A DNA stretch of 64,000 bases, from positions 5,728,001 to 5,792,000 of the forward strand of contig OZ253580.1 in the NCBI GenBank assembly GCA_965263035.1. The letters run 5' to 3'. Both the position numbers and the translations under genes were made by a program. Under the pieces are notes generated by a model, which worked only from the letters and a program-made list of their open reading frames with translations, did no database searches and had not been told where the DNA came from. The number at the start of each line of letters is the position of its first letter. Position 1 is the stretch's first letter. The DNA is from Acidobacteriota bacterium. Its GTDB lineage: Bacteria; Acidobacteriota; UBA6911; RPQK01; JAJDTT01. Positions 1 through 8,099 of this stretch are shown here, in pieces.

Positions 1-736
1 CCGCGTTCAGCGTCTGGGGGAGGTGACGGACGGCTTCGCCGAAGAGATTAACGGGCCAGACCGGCATGCTCGCCAACCCCGTCGGCCACGGCGTCACCCC
101 GAAGATCATGGCCAGCAGCGTCACTCCCATCATGCCCAGCAGAATCGCGCCCCGGATTCCGCGCGCCATCATCACGCCGATCCCCAGGAGCCCCACAAGG
201 GCCAATCCGACGGACCAGGAACGAACGTCGCCCAGGCTGACCAGGGTGGCCGGATCGTCGACGATGAGGCCGGCGTTCTTCAGACCGATGAACGCAATGA
301 ACAGACCGATTCCCGCCGCAACGGCTCGCTTCAGCGGGTCCGGAACCGCGTTGATGATCGCTTCACGGACCCGCAATACGGTCAATAGCAGAAACAGCAG
401 CCCGGAAGCCAGGACCACGCCCAGGGCCAGTTTCCAGTCCACGCCCATGCCCAGGACGATGGTGTAGGCGAAGAATGCGTTGAGGCCCATTCCGGGCGCC
501 AGGGCAAAGGGATAGTTGGCCAGCAGGCCCATCAGGAGCGTGGCGATGGCGGCGGACGCACAAGTGGCGAACAACAGCTCGCCCAACATTTCCTTGCCCA
601 GGGCGTCGGACAGGATGGCGGGATTCACGACCACGATGTAGGCCATGGTCATGAAGGTGGTCGCACCGCCGGTGACCTCGATCCGCCAGTTCGTGTTGGC
701 CTGTTCGAACTTGAAGAATTCGGCGATCTTTTTCAT
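1..736 (-). CDS. NCS2/AzgA-family nucleobase permease (3' end runs off the window)
   Basis: Not in the ORF track; translated by hand from ATG at 736: MKKIAEFFKFEQANTNWRIEVTGGATTFMTMAYIVVVNPAILS...ANYPFALAPGMGLNAFFAYTIV...AGIGLFIAFIGLKNAG, the typical AzgA/PbuG motifs. Confidence 0.92.
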   Translation of the reverse strand, partial: MKKIAEFFKFEQANTNWRIEVTGGATTFMTMAYIVVVNPAILSDALGKEMLGELLFATCASAAIATLLMGLLANYPFALAPGMGLNAFFAYTIVLGMGVDWKLALGVVLASGLLFLLLTVLRVREAIINAVPDPLKRAVAAGIGLFIAFIGLKNAGLIVDDPATLVSLGDVRSWSVGLALVGLLGIGVMMARGIRGAILLGMMGVTLLAMIFGVTPWPTGLASMPVWPVNLFGEAVRHLPQTLNA

Positions 737-795
737 TGAAGTTCTGTCTCATAGATTACTGGGTATATATCTATGAAATAAGAGATAGAAGAAGA

Positions 796-818
796 GGGGG
801 ACTAAAAGTCCCCCCTCC
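796..818. repeat. Single REP-like palindrome GGGGGACT-AAA-AGTCCCCC-CTCC
   Basis: Exact reverse complement of 4444-4466; perfect 8-bp stem with the family's CTCC/GGAG tail. Confidence 0.75.
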
Positions 819-834
819 CATCCCCCCCCAATGG

Positions 835-3663
835 CTAGTGATAACTGATGGAGACCGACTCCAGAACCGGGGAGTTCGCCGAACCTGGACTGAGGAGGCT
901 GGCCTTGTACTGGATCCAACGGGTCCCCTCGCCAGGGTCCGGAAGCTGGGAACCGGACTGCTGATAGTAGCTCCCTGGGCCCTCCGGTCCGGTCCAGGCG
1001 GCCGACTCCAGACCCTCCCGGGTGGCGGCCCAACGCACCTGAAATTCCAGGCCGGTCCGGAACGGGGTCTCCCCCTCCCAGGTGATGGTTCCGAAGCGCT
1101 CCACGGAACCGGCGTCGAAGGGCGGAGAAACGTAGTCGTAACGATGGCCCCGATCATAGGCATGACCCGGATCGGAGGCAAGATGGTGGGGTCCCAGGAC
1201 CGGCAGGGAAGTCCGGCGCTCGGTGGAGAACCCCTCCTCACCGCCCCAGTAGAGGAAGGCGTCGTTCCTGTGGTTCCCCTGCTTGGAGTGGCAGGCGAAC
1301 AGGATGTCCACGTGGCCGTCCAGGTCGAAGTCGTTGGCGATGACTCCCGAAGCGGAGTTGCTGGGAATCTCCATCTTACGGGAGGAGTCGAAGCCGGAGG
1401 GGCCGTTCCAATAGATTCGAGAGGGGTGGCTGCGGGTATAGCCGGCATGGTAGCTGCTCAGGACCAGATCCAGGAACCCATTCCCGTTCAGGTCGGCCAC
1501 GGCGGCGGCGGAGTTTCCTACCGAAGGCAGGATGGTCCGGTTCGATTCGGCGTAGCCTTGGGAACCGCCCCAGTAGATGTAGGTGTCCCCCTCCGCGGAG
1601 CCGCCGAAGGATCGGGATTTGCCCGGCGCCGGGTCCCGATCGTAGAGGTTGCTGGCGATCACTTCCAGAAAGCCGTTCCCGTCCAGATCGGCCACCTCGA
1701 CACCGACCGAAACCCGGGAAGGCAAATCCGTCTTGCGTTCGTTGTCGAATCCCAGCGGACTGTTCCAGTAGACCACCACCTTATTGAGGGTCCCGCTGAA
1801 GATCACATCGATCCAACCATCACGATTCAGGTCGCCGATGGTGTGCTCCCGGATGCTGCCGATCCGGAAGATGAAGCGGTTGTCGTTCGAGAATCCCTCC
1901 GGCCCGCCCCAGAAGAGGCTGGTGGCCTCGGTTCCCGGGCGCCATTGGGTGAAGGAGGCGTCCAGGTAACCGTCCCGGTTGAAGTCGGCGAGCCGGGAAG
2001 AAAAGCTGATCTCGGTTTCGAGGACTGTCCGATTGGACGCGGAGTACCCGGAAACCGACCCCCAGTAGATGGCCGGACTCGGACTCTTCCTGTAGATGGA
2101 GGGGAACAGGAGATCCACATGGCCGTCGCGGTTGATGTCCGCGCTGGAGCAGTATCCGTTGCCTGTGGGCAACAATTGTCGGCGAGCCGGCTCGAACCGT
2201 CCCTTGGGGCCGCCCCAGTAGATGTAGGCCGGGATGCCGTGAGTGGTGTCGGCGGCATGGACGAAGACGAGGTCCTTGCTGCCGTCTCCGTCCAGGTCTC
2301 CCGCCTGGACCCCAGTGGCCTCGAATGTGGGCAACTCGGTCCGCCACTCGGCCGAGTAACCCTCCGGTCCGCCCCAATAGACGTATGCCCGGGGATTCCT
2401 GTGTGTCGGCGAACCTTGCTGCGAGAAGACCACCTCGGGGTAGCCGTCCTCGTTCAGATCCTCCACCAGGCAGCGGGTGGGCCCCAGCGTGGGAATCGAT
2501 GTCCGCCGATGGGAGCGATAGCCATCTGGGGCTCCCCAGTAGATGAAGGATGCCAGTCCGGACTTGTTGGCGAAGACCAGGTCAGGGTGTCCGTCCCGGT
2601 TCAAATCTCCCGCCGCCACGTCCGAGGCCCCGACAGTGGGCAGCAAGGTCCTGGAATCGACTGAATATCCCTTGGACGACCCCCAATAGATAAATGACGG
2701 AACGCTCACCGTGTCCACGATGTTGTACATGCCCATCTCGCGGGTCTTGAGCCGGTAGGCATTGGCCAGGACGACCTCCGGGAAACCGTCCCCGTTCAGA
2801 TCCGCGACCTCGACCGCCGAGGACCGGTCACCGGGCAGATGGACCGCAGCGCGGCGGGTGTAGTCTCCGTCCGCCGTGCCCCAGTAGAGGAGGGCGCCCC
2901 CCTCTGCGTCCGTGTTCCCCTCGTTGGCGAAGACCAGGTCCAGGTGCCCGTCCCGGTCCAGATCGGCGACCTTCACGTCCCGGCCGTTCACTGTCCTGAG
3001 CACTTGCCGCCGTTCGGCGGAGTAGCCATCCGGCGACCCCCAATAGACGAAGGATTCATTGTGCGGATCCACCGTCACGTGGTAGTCCAATCCGCTGTTG
3101 GCGAAGACGATATCCGGGTGTCCGTCCCGGTTCAGATCCTCGACCGCCACCGTCCGGGCGCCCCGGGTGGGAAGGCCGCTGCGGCCGGAGACCTGAGGCC
3201 CCCCCTTGGCACCCTGGTAGATGAAAGATTCCAGGTCGGTGCGGGTTCCGTTGAAGTTGTTGGCCACGATCAACTCGGCGTTGCCGTCTCCGTCCAGATC
3301 GGCGATGGCGCCGTCATGTCCCCCGTTGGTGGGCAACCGGCTCTGGCGACGGGGCGAGTATCCCTCGCCTCCCCCCCAATAGATGAACAGGTCCGCCCGC
3401 TCGTGGGGATCGTGGTCATTGGGGAAAATGATGTCGACACGTCCGTCCTGATTCAGATCCAACAGCTTGATGAGGACTACCTGGCCTTGAGCGGTGACGT
3501 AGGTGTTGACGCCTCCGTCGCTGAAGCTCCCGTCGGCGAAGTCGAGGAAGGAGGATGACGTCCAGACTTTTTCCCCGGCCGCGAGAGGCGCAGCGCCCCA
3601 GATCAAGGCCAGCACGGCCAACACCCGAACCGTTGTCGGTTGAATCGATTTCCCAAGGATCAT
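835..3663 (-). CDS. Secreted FG-GAP/VCBS repeat protein (942 aa)
   Basis: N-terminal signal peptide (VLAVLALIWGAAPLAA); more than ten DLNxDGxxDxxF repeats alternating with xIYWG motifs. Confidence 0.9.
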   Translation of the reverse strand: MILGKSIQPTTVRVLAVLALIWGAAPLAAGEKVWTSSSFLDFADGSFSDGGVNTYVTAQGQVVLIKLLDLNQDGRVDIIFPNDHDPHERADLFIYWGGGEGYSPRRQSRLPTNGGHDGAIADLDGDGNAELIVANNFNGTRTDLESFIYQGAKGGPQVSGRSGLPTRGARTVAVEDLNRDGHPDIVFANSGLDYHVTVDPHNESFVYWGSPDGYSAERRQVLRTVNGRDVKVADLDRDGHLDLVFANEGNTDAEGGALLYWGTADGDYTRRAAVHLPGDRSSAVEVADLNGDGFPEVVLANAYRLKTREMGMYNIVDTVSVPSFIYWGSSKGYSVDSRTLLPTVGASDVAAGDLNRDGHPDLVFANKSGLASFIYWGAPDGYRSHRRTSIPTLGPTRCLVEDLNEDGYPEVVFSQQGSPTHRNPRAYVYWGGPEGYSAEWRTELPTFEATGVQAGDLDGDGSKDLVFVHAADTTHGIPAYIYWGGPKGRFEPARRQLLPTGNGYCSSADINRDGHVDLLFPSIYRKSPSPAIYWGSVSGYSASNRTVLETEISFSSRLADFNRDGYLDASFTQWRPGTEATSLFWGGPEGFSNDNRFIFRIGSIREHTIGDLNRDGWIDVIFSGTLNKVVVYWNSPLGFDNERKTDLPSRVSVGVEVADLDGNGFLEVIASNLYDRDPAPGKSRSFGGSAEGDTYIYWGGSQGYAESNRTILPSVGNSAAAVADLNGNGFLDLVLSSYHAGYTRSHPSRIYWNGPSGFDSSRKMEIPSNSASGVIANDFDLDGHVDILFACHSKQGNHRNDAFLYWGGEEGFSTERRTSLPVLGPHHLASDPGHAYDRGHRYDYVSPPFDAGSVERFGTITWEGETPFRTGLEFQVRWAATREGLESAAWTGPEGPGSYYQQSGSQLPDPGEGTRWIQYKASLLSPGSANSPVLESVSISYH

Positions 3664-3709
3664 GGTGGTTATTCCTTTCTGTTCGGAACCGGAATCTTGT
3701 GGGGCCTAG

Positions 3710-3869
3710 GAGTCTGCGCGGTAGAAATGATCGTAGCGAGAAAGTGGGGAATCGAGGCCAGATTTTCTCGATGTTGGAGGTGCATAGTTGTTCTATTCGC
3801 CGAGAAATCGGGGAAATATGGACCGATTCTACCGCTTTCGCAGTAGATCAATTTCTGCGGCGCAGGCTC
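3710..3869 (+). mobile_element. MITE family A, copy 1 (~160 bp)
   Basis: Near-identical to 34888-35046 (inverted) and 44762-44920; imperfect TIRs GAGTCTGCGC...GCGCAGGCTC; flanked by CTAG and TTAG; no transposase. Confidence 0.85.
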
Positions 3870-3945
3870 TTAGTCTACACCGGAGAGGAAAGAGAAAAGC
3901 TCCCCCACCGGCCCGGTCCGGCGGACGCCCGGTAGAAAAAGGGTA

Positions 3946-4015
3946 GGAGCGCCGGTTTCCAACCGCCGAACTCCGGTGGAGTATGGAGGAATGGGCGACT
4001 GGAAGTCGCCCCTCC
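3946..4015 (+). repeat. REPIN-like element (inverted pair of REP-like palindromes)
   Basis: GGAGCGCCGGTTTCCAACCGCCGAACTCC...GGAATGGGCGACTGGAAGTCGCCCCTCC; same architecture at 4444-4537, 26299-26371 and 30644-30721. Confidence 0.8.
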
Positions 4016-4072
4016 TTGTTTCTTAGAAGAGGAAATGAGGAAAGAGTGAAGAGGAGATGATCTGGTGCGTGG

Positions 4073-4399
4073 TCACTTGGGGGGAAGGGATTCGGCATAG
4101 CTTGCAGCCCTGTCGACCCACGTCTCCAGATCGTTGGCGGAGTCGATTCCGGCCGGCTCCAACAGGGCCCACCCCTTCATTACCCGGCCGGTGATGTCCG
4201 CCGGCTTCGTGTGCGGCTCCGCCAGGGTTTTATCGTGATCCTTCTTGTCCAGCCGAACGATGAGCGAGCCCTTCCAGGTTCCGACGCACATATTGCCGTG
4301 GATCATGAAACAGACGCCGCCGAACATTCGTCTTTGGGAGACGTCCTCACGTTCCGAGAGAACCTTACGGACGCGATCCGCCAGCATGCCGTTGTCCAT
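4073..4399 (-). CDS. TfoX/Sxy N-terminal-domain family protein
   Basis: RRMFGGVCFMIHGNMCVG and GRVMKGW motifs typical of stand-alone TfoX_N proteins; 108 aa. Confidence 0.85.
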   Translation of the reverse strand: MDNGMLADRVRKVLSEREDVSQRRMFGGVCFMIHGNMCVGTWKGSLIVRLDKKDHDKTLAEPHTKPADITGRVMKGWALLEPAGIDSANDLETWVDRAASYAESLPPK

Positions 4400-4443
4400 T
4401 TCCGCACCTGCCCGTTCTTTTTACCCGATTCGATGGGCGATTA

Positions 4444-4537
4444 GGAGGGGGGACTTTTAGTCCCCCATTCTTCATTCGCCCGTTCGCTTCTTGTCTAACC
4501 GTTGTTCTGGAGTTCGGCGATTGGAAATCGCCGCTCC
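4444..4537 (-). repeat. REPIN-like element overlapping the 3' end of the SDR gene
   Basis: GGAGGGGGGACTTTTAGTCCCCCATTC...GGAGTTCGGCGATTGGAAATCGCCGCTCC is the reverse-oriented version of 30644-30721. Confidence 0.8.
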
Positions 4538-5146
4538 TTGCGAATCGGGAATCGGAAGCCCGCCCCAAACGCGCAAGACCTGGCCCGACATCGTTCCCTC
4601 GATCGCCTGGACATACACTTCAGCGCACTCCGCCGCTGTCACCTGTCCCCGTGCTTCTCTCCCAGCCGGAACCACGGGGCCCGGACTGACAACGTTGATT
4701 CGAATGCCGCGAGGCCACAGCCGGGCCGTTTGTTCTACAAGGGTTTCGAGTGCCGCATTGAACGGTCCCGTGGCGAAACCGAGCTGGTTCGAATAGTGGC
4801 TCAGGAATCCGCTGGTCAACGTAAACGAGCCGCCGTCTCGAATCGTCGATTGCCCCAACGACACCAGCCGAATCTGGGATAGGAACTTCCTCTCGAATCC
4901 GTAGCGATAGTCGTCATCGACCAATTCTTCGAACAGGCGAAACCGACTGTCGCCGCCCACGGCCGAAACGAGGGCATCGTAGGTCCCGACGGTTGAGAAC
5001 ATGCTTCCTACCGACTCTACGTCGGTGTAGTCACACTGCACGTCACAATCTGCCAAACCGACTCGAATCACTTCATGATTGGCGGATACGGCCCTGTCGA
5101 CCCCACGACCGATCTTGCCGGATGCTCCGACGATGATCACTTTCAT
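4472..5146 (-). CDS. Short-chain dehydrogenase/reductase (short atypical type)
   Basis: MKVIIVGASGKIG Rossmann motif, GGSFTLTSG, RGIRINVVSPG; no canonical YxxxK seen. Confidence 0.85.
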   Translation of the reverse strand: MKVIIVGASGKIGRGVDRAVSANHEVIRVGLADCDVQCDYTDVESVGSMFSTVGTYDALVSAVGGDSRFRLFEELVDDDYRYGFERKFLSQIRLVSLGQSTIRDGGSFTLTSGFLSHYSNQLGFATGPFNAALETLVEQTARLWPRGIRINVVSPGPVVPAGREARGQVTAAECAEVYVQAIEGTMSGQVLRVWGGLPIPDSQGAAISNRRTPEQRLDKKRTGE

Positions 5147-5263
5147 CTTTATTTCCTTCTTGAGTTGGCAGGGTCTTGAGCGGAAAAAGCCGGGTTGCGC
5201 ATGACTGGAAGTCCGGGCCGCAGAAGATTGTTGGAACGGTTCAGATGGCTACAGTTCTCCTGA

Positions 5264-5968
5264 TCAGACGGATCGGGTGATTCCTCCATCGACCCGAAGG
5301 TTTTGTCCCGTGATGTAGCCACCGCCGTCGGAGGCCAGAAAGGCGATGACGTCGGCAATCTCTTCCGTCGTGCCGTAGCGCTGCATCGGGATGCGGTCGC
5401 GAAACTCCCGCTTTTCGGGAAAACTGTTGATGAACCCGGGTAGAACGTTGTTCATACGAATGTTGTCTGCGGCGTACTTGTCCGAGAACAGTTTTGCGAA
5501 GGCCGCCAGTCCCGCCCGGAACACGCCGGAGGTCGGAAAAGCAGGTTCGGGCTCGAACGCGGCGAAGGTGGAAATGTTGATGATGACCCCACACTTCTGC
5601 CGCTGCATGATGGGCGTGACCAGGCGTGCCGGACGAACCGCGCTGAGGAAGTAGACCTCCATGCCTCGGTGCCAGTCGTCATCGGAAAGTTCGAGGATCG
5701 GCGCCCTCGGGCCGTGCCCCGCGCTGTTCACGAGCACGTCGACCCGGCCCCATTTTTCCATGGTGAGATCCACGAGGCGTTTCAGGTCGTCGTTGGACTG
5801 ATTGGACCCCGTTACACCGATGCCGCCGAGCTCAGTTGCCAGGGCTTCGCCTTTGCCGGAGGAAGACAGGATGGAGACGCCAAATCCGTCCGCGGCGAAC
5901 CTCCGCGCCGCGGCAGCTCCCATGCCACTTCCGCCAGCGGTGACGATCACTACTTTTTTCTCTGTCAT
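5264..5968 (-). CDS. SDR family oxidoreductase
   Basis: TAGGSGMG, LVNSAG, IRMNNVLPG, YITGQNLRVDGG; ATG at 5968 preferred, GGAGA upstream. Confidence 0.92.
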   Translation of the reverse strand: MTEKKVVIVTAGGSGMGAAAARRFAADGFGVSILSSSGKGEALATELGGIGVTGSNQSNDDLKRLVDLTMEKWGRVDVLVNSAGHGPRAPILELSDDDWHRGMEVYFLSAVRPARLVTPIMQRQKCGVIINISTFAAFEPEPAFPTSGVFRAGLAAFAKLFSDKYAADNIRMNNVLPGFINSFPEKREFRDRIPMQRYGTTEEIADVIAFLASDGGGYITGQNLRVDGGITRSV

Positions 5969-6215
5969 GTGTTTCTCCAAATAGAACGGTGAACGGGCGG
6001 TCGAACTCGATGCCCGCCAACAACGCGGGCACCTACCCCTTTCGTCATCCGGCCGGTGACGTCCACCTGCTGGGCGAGTTCAGTACCTGTGAGACATTCA
6101 GATAGCGAACGGAAGGCTGGCAGGACGATATCGGGGCTCGCGCACGGACCGCTCTTCGGCTGGTCGCCCTGGAATGCTGCAACTGCGAGAGGGAGCGTGC
6201 GGTCGCAGCAGGTGT

Positions 6216-6734
6216 TTAGCCTCCTTTGGCGAGGCGGTGGGTCCCGAAATTGAAGAAGTGGGCCGTTTGCCGTTGCCACCAAGTCACGACAACCTGCTCT
6301 TTCTCATCGGCATAGCCCATCGCCCTTAGCAGGTCATTGTGGCAGAGCACGTCGAGCACTTGCATGACGGGAGGTTCCAAGGCCTCCAGATCCAGTCGTT
6401 CCTGGGTGACGGCCTTGACCGTCTCCTCGGAGGCATCGGCACAGAGCCGCTTTTCGAGCAGTGTGAAGTCCCTGACGAACTGAGCATGTTGGGCTGCCTT
6501 GACGCCAAAGGCGAAGACGAGCTTGAGGCTGGAAACGAGCGCGACCCCTAGTCCCAATCCGAGAGTCCACGACGGACGGTCCTGGACTGCCAGCGCTACC
6601 GTTCCCGAGCCGAGCGCCAGGAGCAGGAAATCGGTCCATCGATTCACGCCTTCGAAGAACGCTTGTCGTCTGGAATGGTAGCGGATCGAACGGCGGACAC
6701 CAAAAAGAAGATCGTGGTACTTCCGGCTGGTCAT
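6216..6734 (-). CDS. Two-TM hypothetical protein, SLATT-like
   Basis: ATG 6734 after GAGGAA; RRSIRYHSRRQAFF helix, two hydrophobic segments, soluble helical C-terminus (ERLDLEALEPP...LDVLCHNDLLRAMG). The SLATT assignment is by architecture only. Confidence 0.6.
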   Translation of the reverse strand: MTSRKYHDLLFGVRRSIRYHSRRQAFFEGVNRWTDFLLLALGSGTVALAVQDRPSWTLGLGLGVALVSSLKLVFAFGVKAAQHAQFVRDFTLLEKRLCADASEETVKAVTQERLDLEALEPPVMQVLDVLCHNDLLRAMGYADEKEQVVVTWWQRQTAHFFNFGTHRLAKGG

Positions 6735-6738
6735 CTCT

Positions 6739-6954
6739 TCACTGTTCCTCATGCTGGCGTTGGGATCGGGGTCCGCTCTTTCCCGAACCCTTGCCACTTC
6801 CAGGTTTCTCCGATGACGGTGGAGACACGGTGTCGCGGACAGCAATAGACTGAGACCGGTTCAAGCCGGTTCCCGTCCGCTTCTTGGAGGTGGCTGACCT
6901 CCTGTTTGGTTGCTGGGAAGATCTCCCCGCCGAGGTTGTCTTCTTGGTGCCCAT
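6739..6954 (-). CDS. Small basic Ser/Lys/Gly-rich ORF (71 aa) immediately upstream of the 2TM protein
   Basis: MGTKKTTSAGRSS...VRDTVSPPSSEKPGSGKGSGKSG...; stop lies 4 nt before the next ATG. Weak RBS. Confidence 0.4.
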   Translation of the reverse strand: MGTKKTTSAGRSSQQPNRRSATSKKRTGTGLNRSQSIAVRDTVSPPSSEKPGSGKGSGKSGPRSQRQHEEQ

Positions 6955-7234
6955 AAGGCTGCATTGATCTTCATTATGTTCGCGGAGGCCAGGACAAATC
7001 CACCCCGTCTCACCCGGCACCCGAACCTGTGCTTGAGTACTCCATATCGACTAAACGATCGTGCGCCCATTTAGACGAGGTTCCATCAGGATTGCGGGTT
7101 CGCCACGGACCGTTTTTGGGCTGCTCGCTCCGGAAGGGCGTTTTCGCGGTTTCTTTGTCCACTCGACACTCCTCGTCTTGCGCATTGACTTTCGGGTCTG
7201 GAAAAATGAACCGCCCAGACGGAAGGTGGCTTTC

Positions 7235-8071
7235 ATGGTCGAGTCTCTATTGCAGCGCTTGGATGAAGACGGATGGCTCCTGCTGGAGGACGCGATTCCG
7301 GCGGACCGCGTGGACGGCGTTCGGCGGAACGTTTTGGACGCCCGGGAACGCTCGCTGGAGACCGAGGAAGCCAAGCTCGTGGCCGGGGACGCCCGGGTCA
7401 CCACCCGAGGCGGGGCCGTGGTGGGACTCATCAACCTGGACCAGTCCATCGCCCCCTATCTGGCGGACCCGAGGGTCCTGGCCATCATCGAGCGGCTCTG
7501 GGGAGACTACACCCGGATCGTCTCCCTCGGCGGGCTGATCAGCGATCCGGGTCATCGCGACCGGGTTTGGCACGCGGACTGGCCCTTCAACCAGACCAAC
7601 GCCGCCCATATCCCCGCACCCTATCCCGACTCGGTCCAGGTCCTGACCGGGATCTTCATGCTCACGCCCTTTACGGCCGAGACGGGAGGCACCTTCGTGG
7701 TGCCGGGAAGCCATCGCTCTCCCGACAACCCCACCGGAGACAACGGCATCGACCGCGGGGCGCCCCATCCCACGGAGGTTCAGGTGACCGGGAAGGCGGG
7801 AAGCCTGCTCCTGTTCGACAGCCGCACCTGGCACTCCGCGGCTCCCGTCCTCAGCCGGGAGGCTCGGGTGGCTGCCGTGGTCCGATACGCCCCCTGGTGG
7901 ATCAACCTGAATCCGGTGCTGCTCGGCACCGACGACCATTCCCGAATCGTGGCCGAGACCAACGGCAAGCCCTACCTGGTGCCGCTGGTCAAACGGGAAG
8001 TTTTCGAGTCCCTGCCTGAAACGGTCCAGCCGCTGTTCCGGCATTGGGTGGACCGCGGAGCGCAACGATAG
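7235..8071 (+). CDS. Phytanoyl-CoA dioxygenase (PhyH) family Fe(II)/2OG dioxygenase
   Basis: LDEDGWLLLEDAI start, HxD (WHAD), GGTFVVPGSH, distal His (TWHS); ATG 7235 after GGAAGG. Confidence 0.92.
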   Translation: MVESLLQRLDEDGWLLLEDAIPADRVDGVRRNVLDARERSLETEEAKLVAGDARVTTRGGAVVGLINLDQSIAPYLADPRVLAIIERLWGDYTRIVSLGGLISDPGHRDRVWHADWPFNQTNAAHIPAPYPDSVQVLTGIFMLTPFTAETGGTFVVPGSHRSPDNPTGDNGIDRGAPHPTEVQVTGKAGSLLLFDSRTWHSAAPVLSREARVAAVVRYAPWWINLNPVLLGTDDHSRIVAETNGKPYLVPLVKREVFESLPETVQPLFRHWVDRGAQR

Positions 8072-8099
8072 GGCGACCGGCCGGGGAGATTCCCGCGAC

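Noticed and set aside
737-834. Purine riboswitch upstream of the NCS2 permease
   Set aside because: The region is short and lacks the TTTCTAC core of the purine aptamer.
3669-3851. Recurrent short ORF MIYCESGRIGPYFPDFSANRTTMHL (also at 34885 and 44714)
   Set aside because: It is the translation of MITE A; the frames diverge between copies through an indel and the flanks differ, so it is not a gene family.
5985-6215. Possible gene remnant or structured RNA between the SDR and the 2TM protein
   Set aside because: No frame gave a recognisable protein and no convincing conserved structure could be supported by eye.
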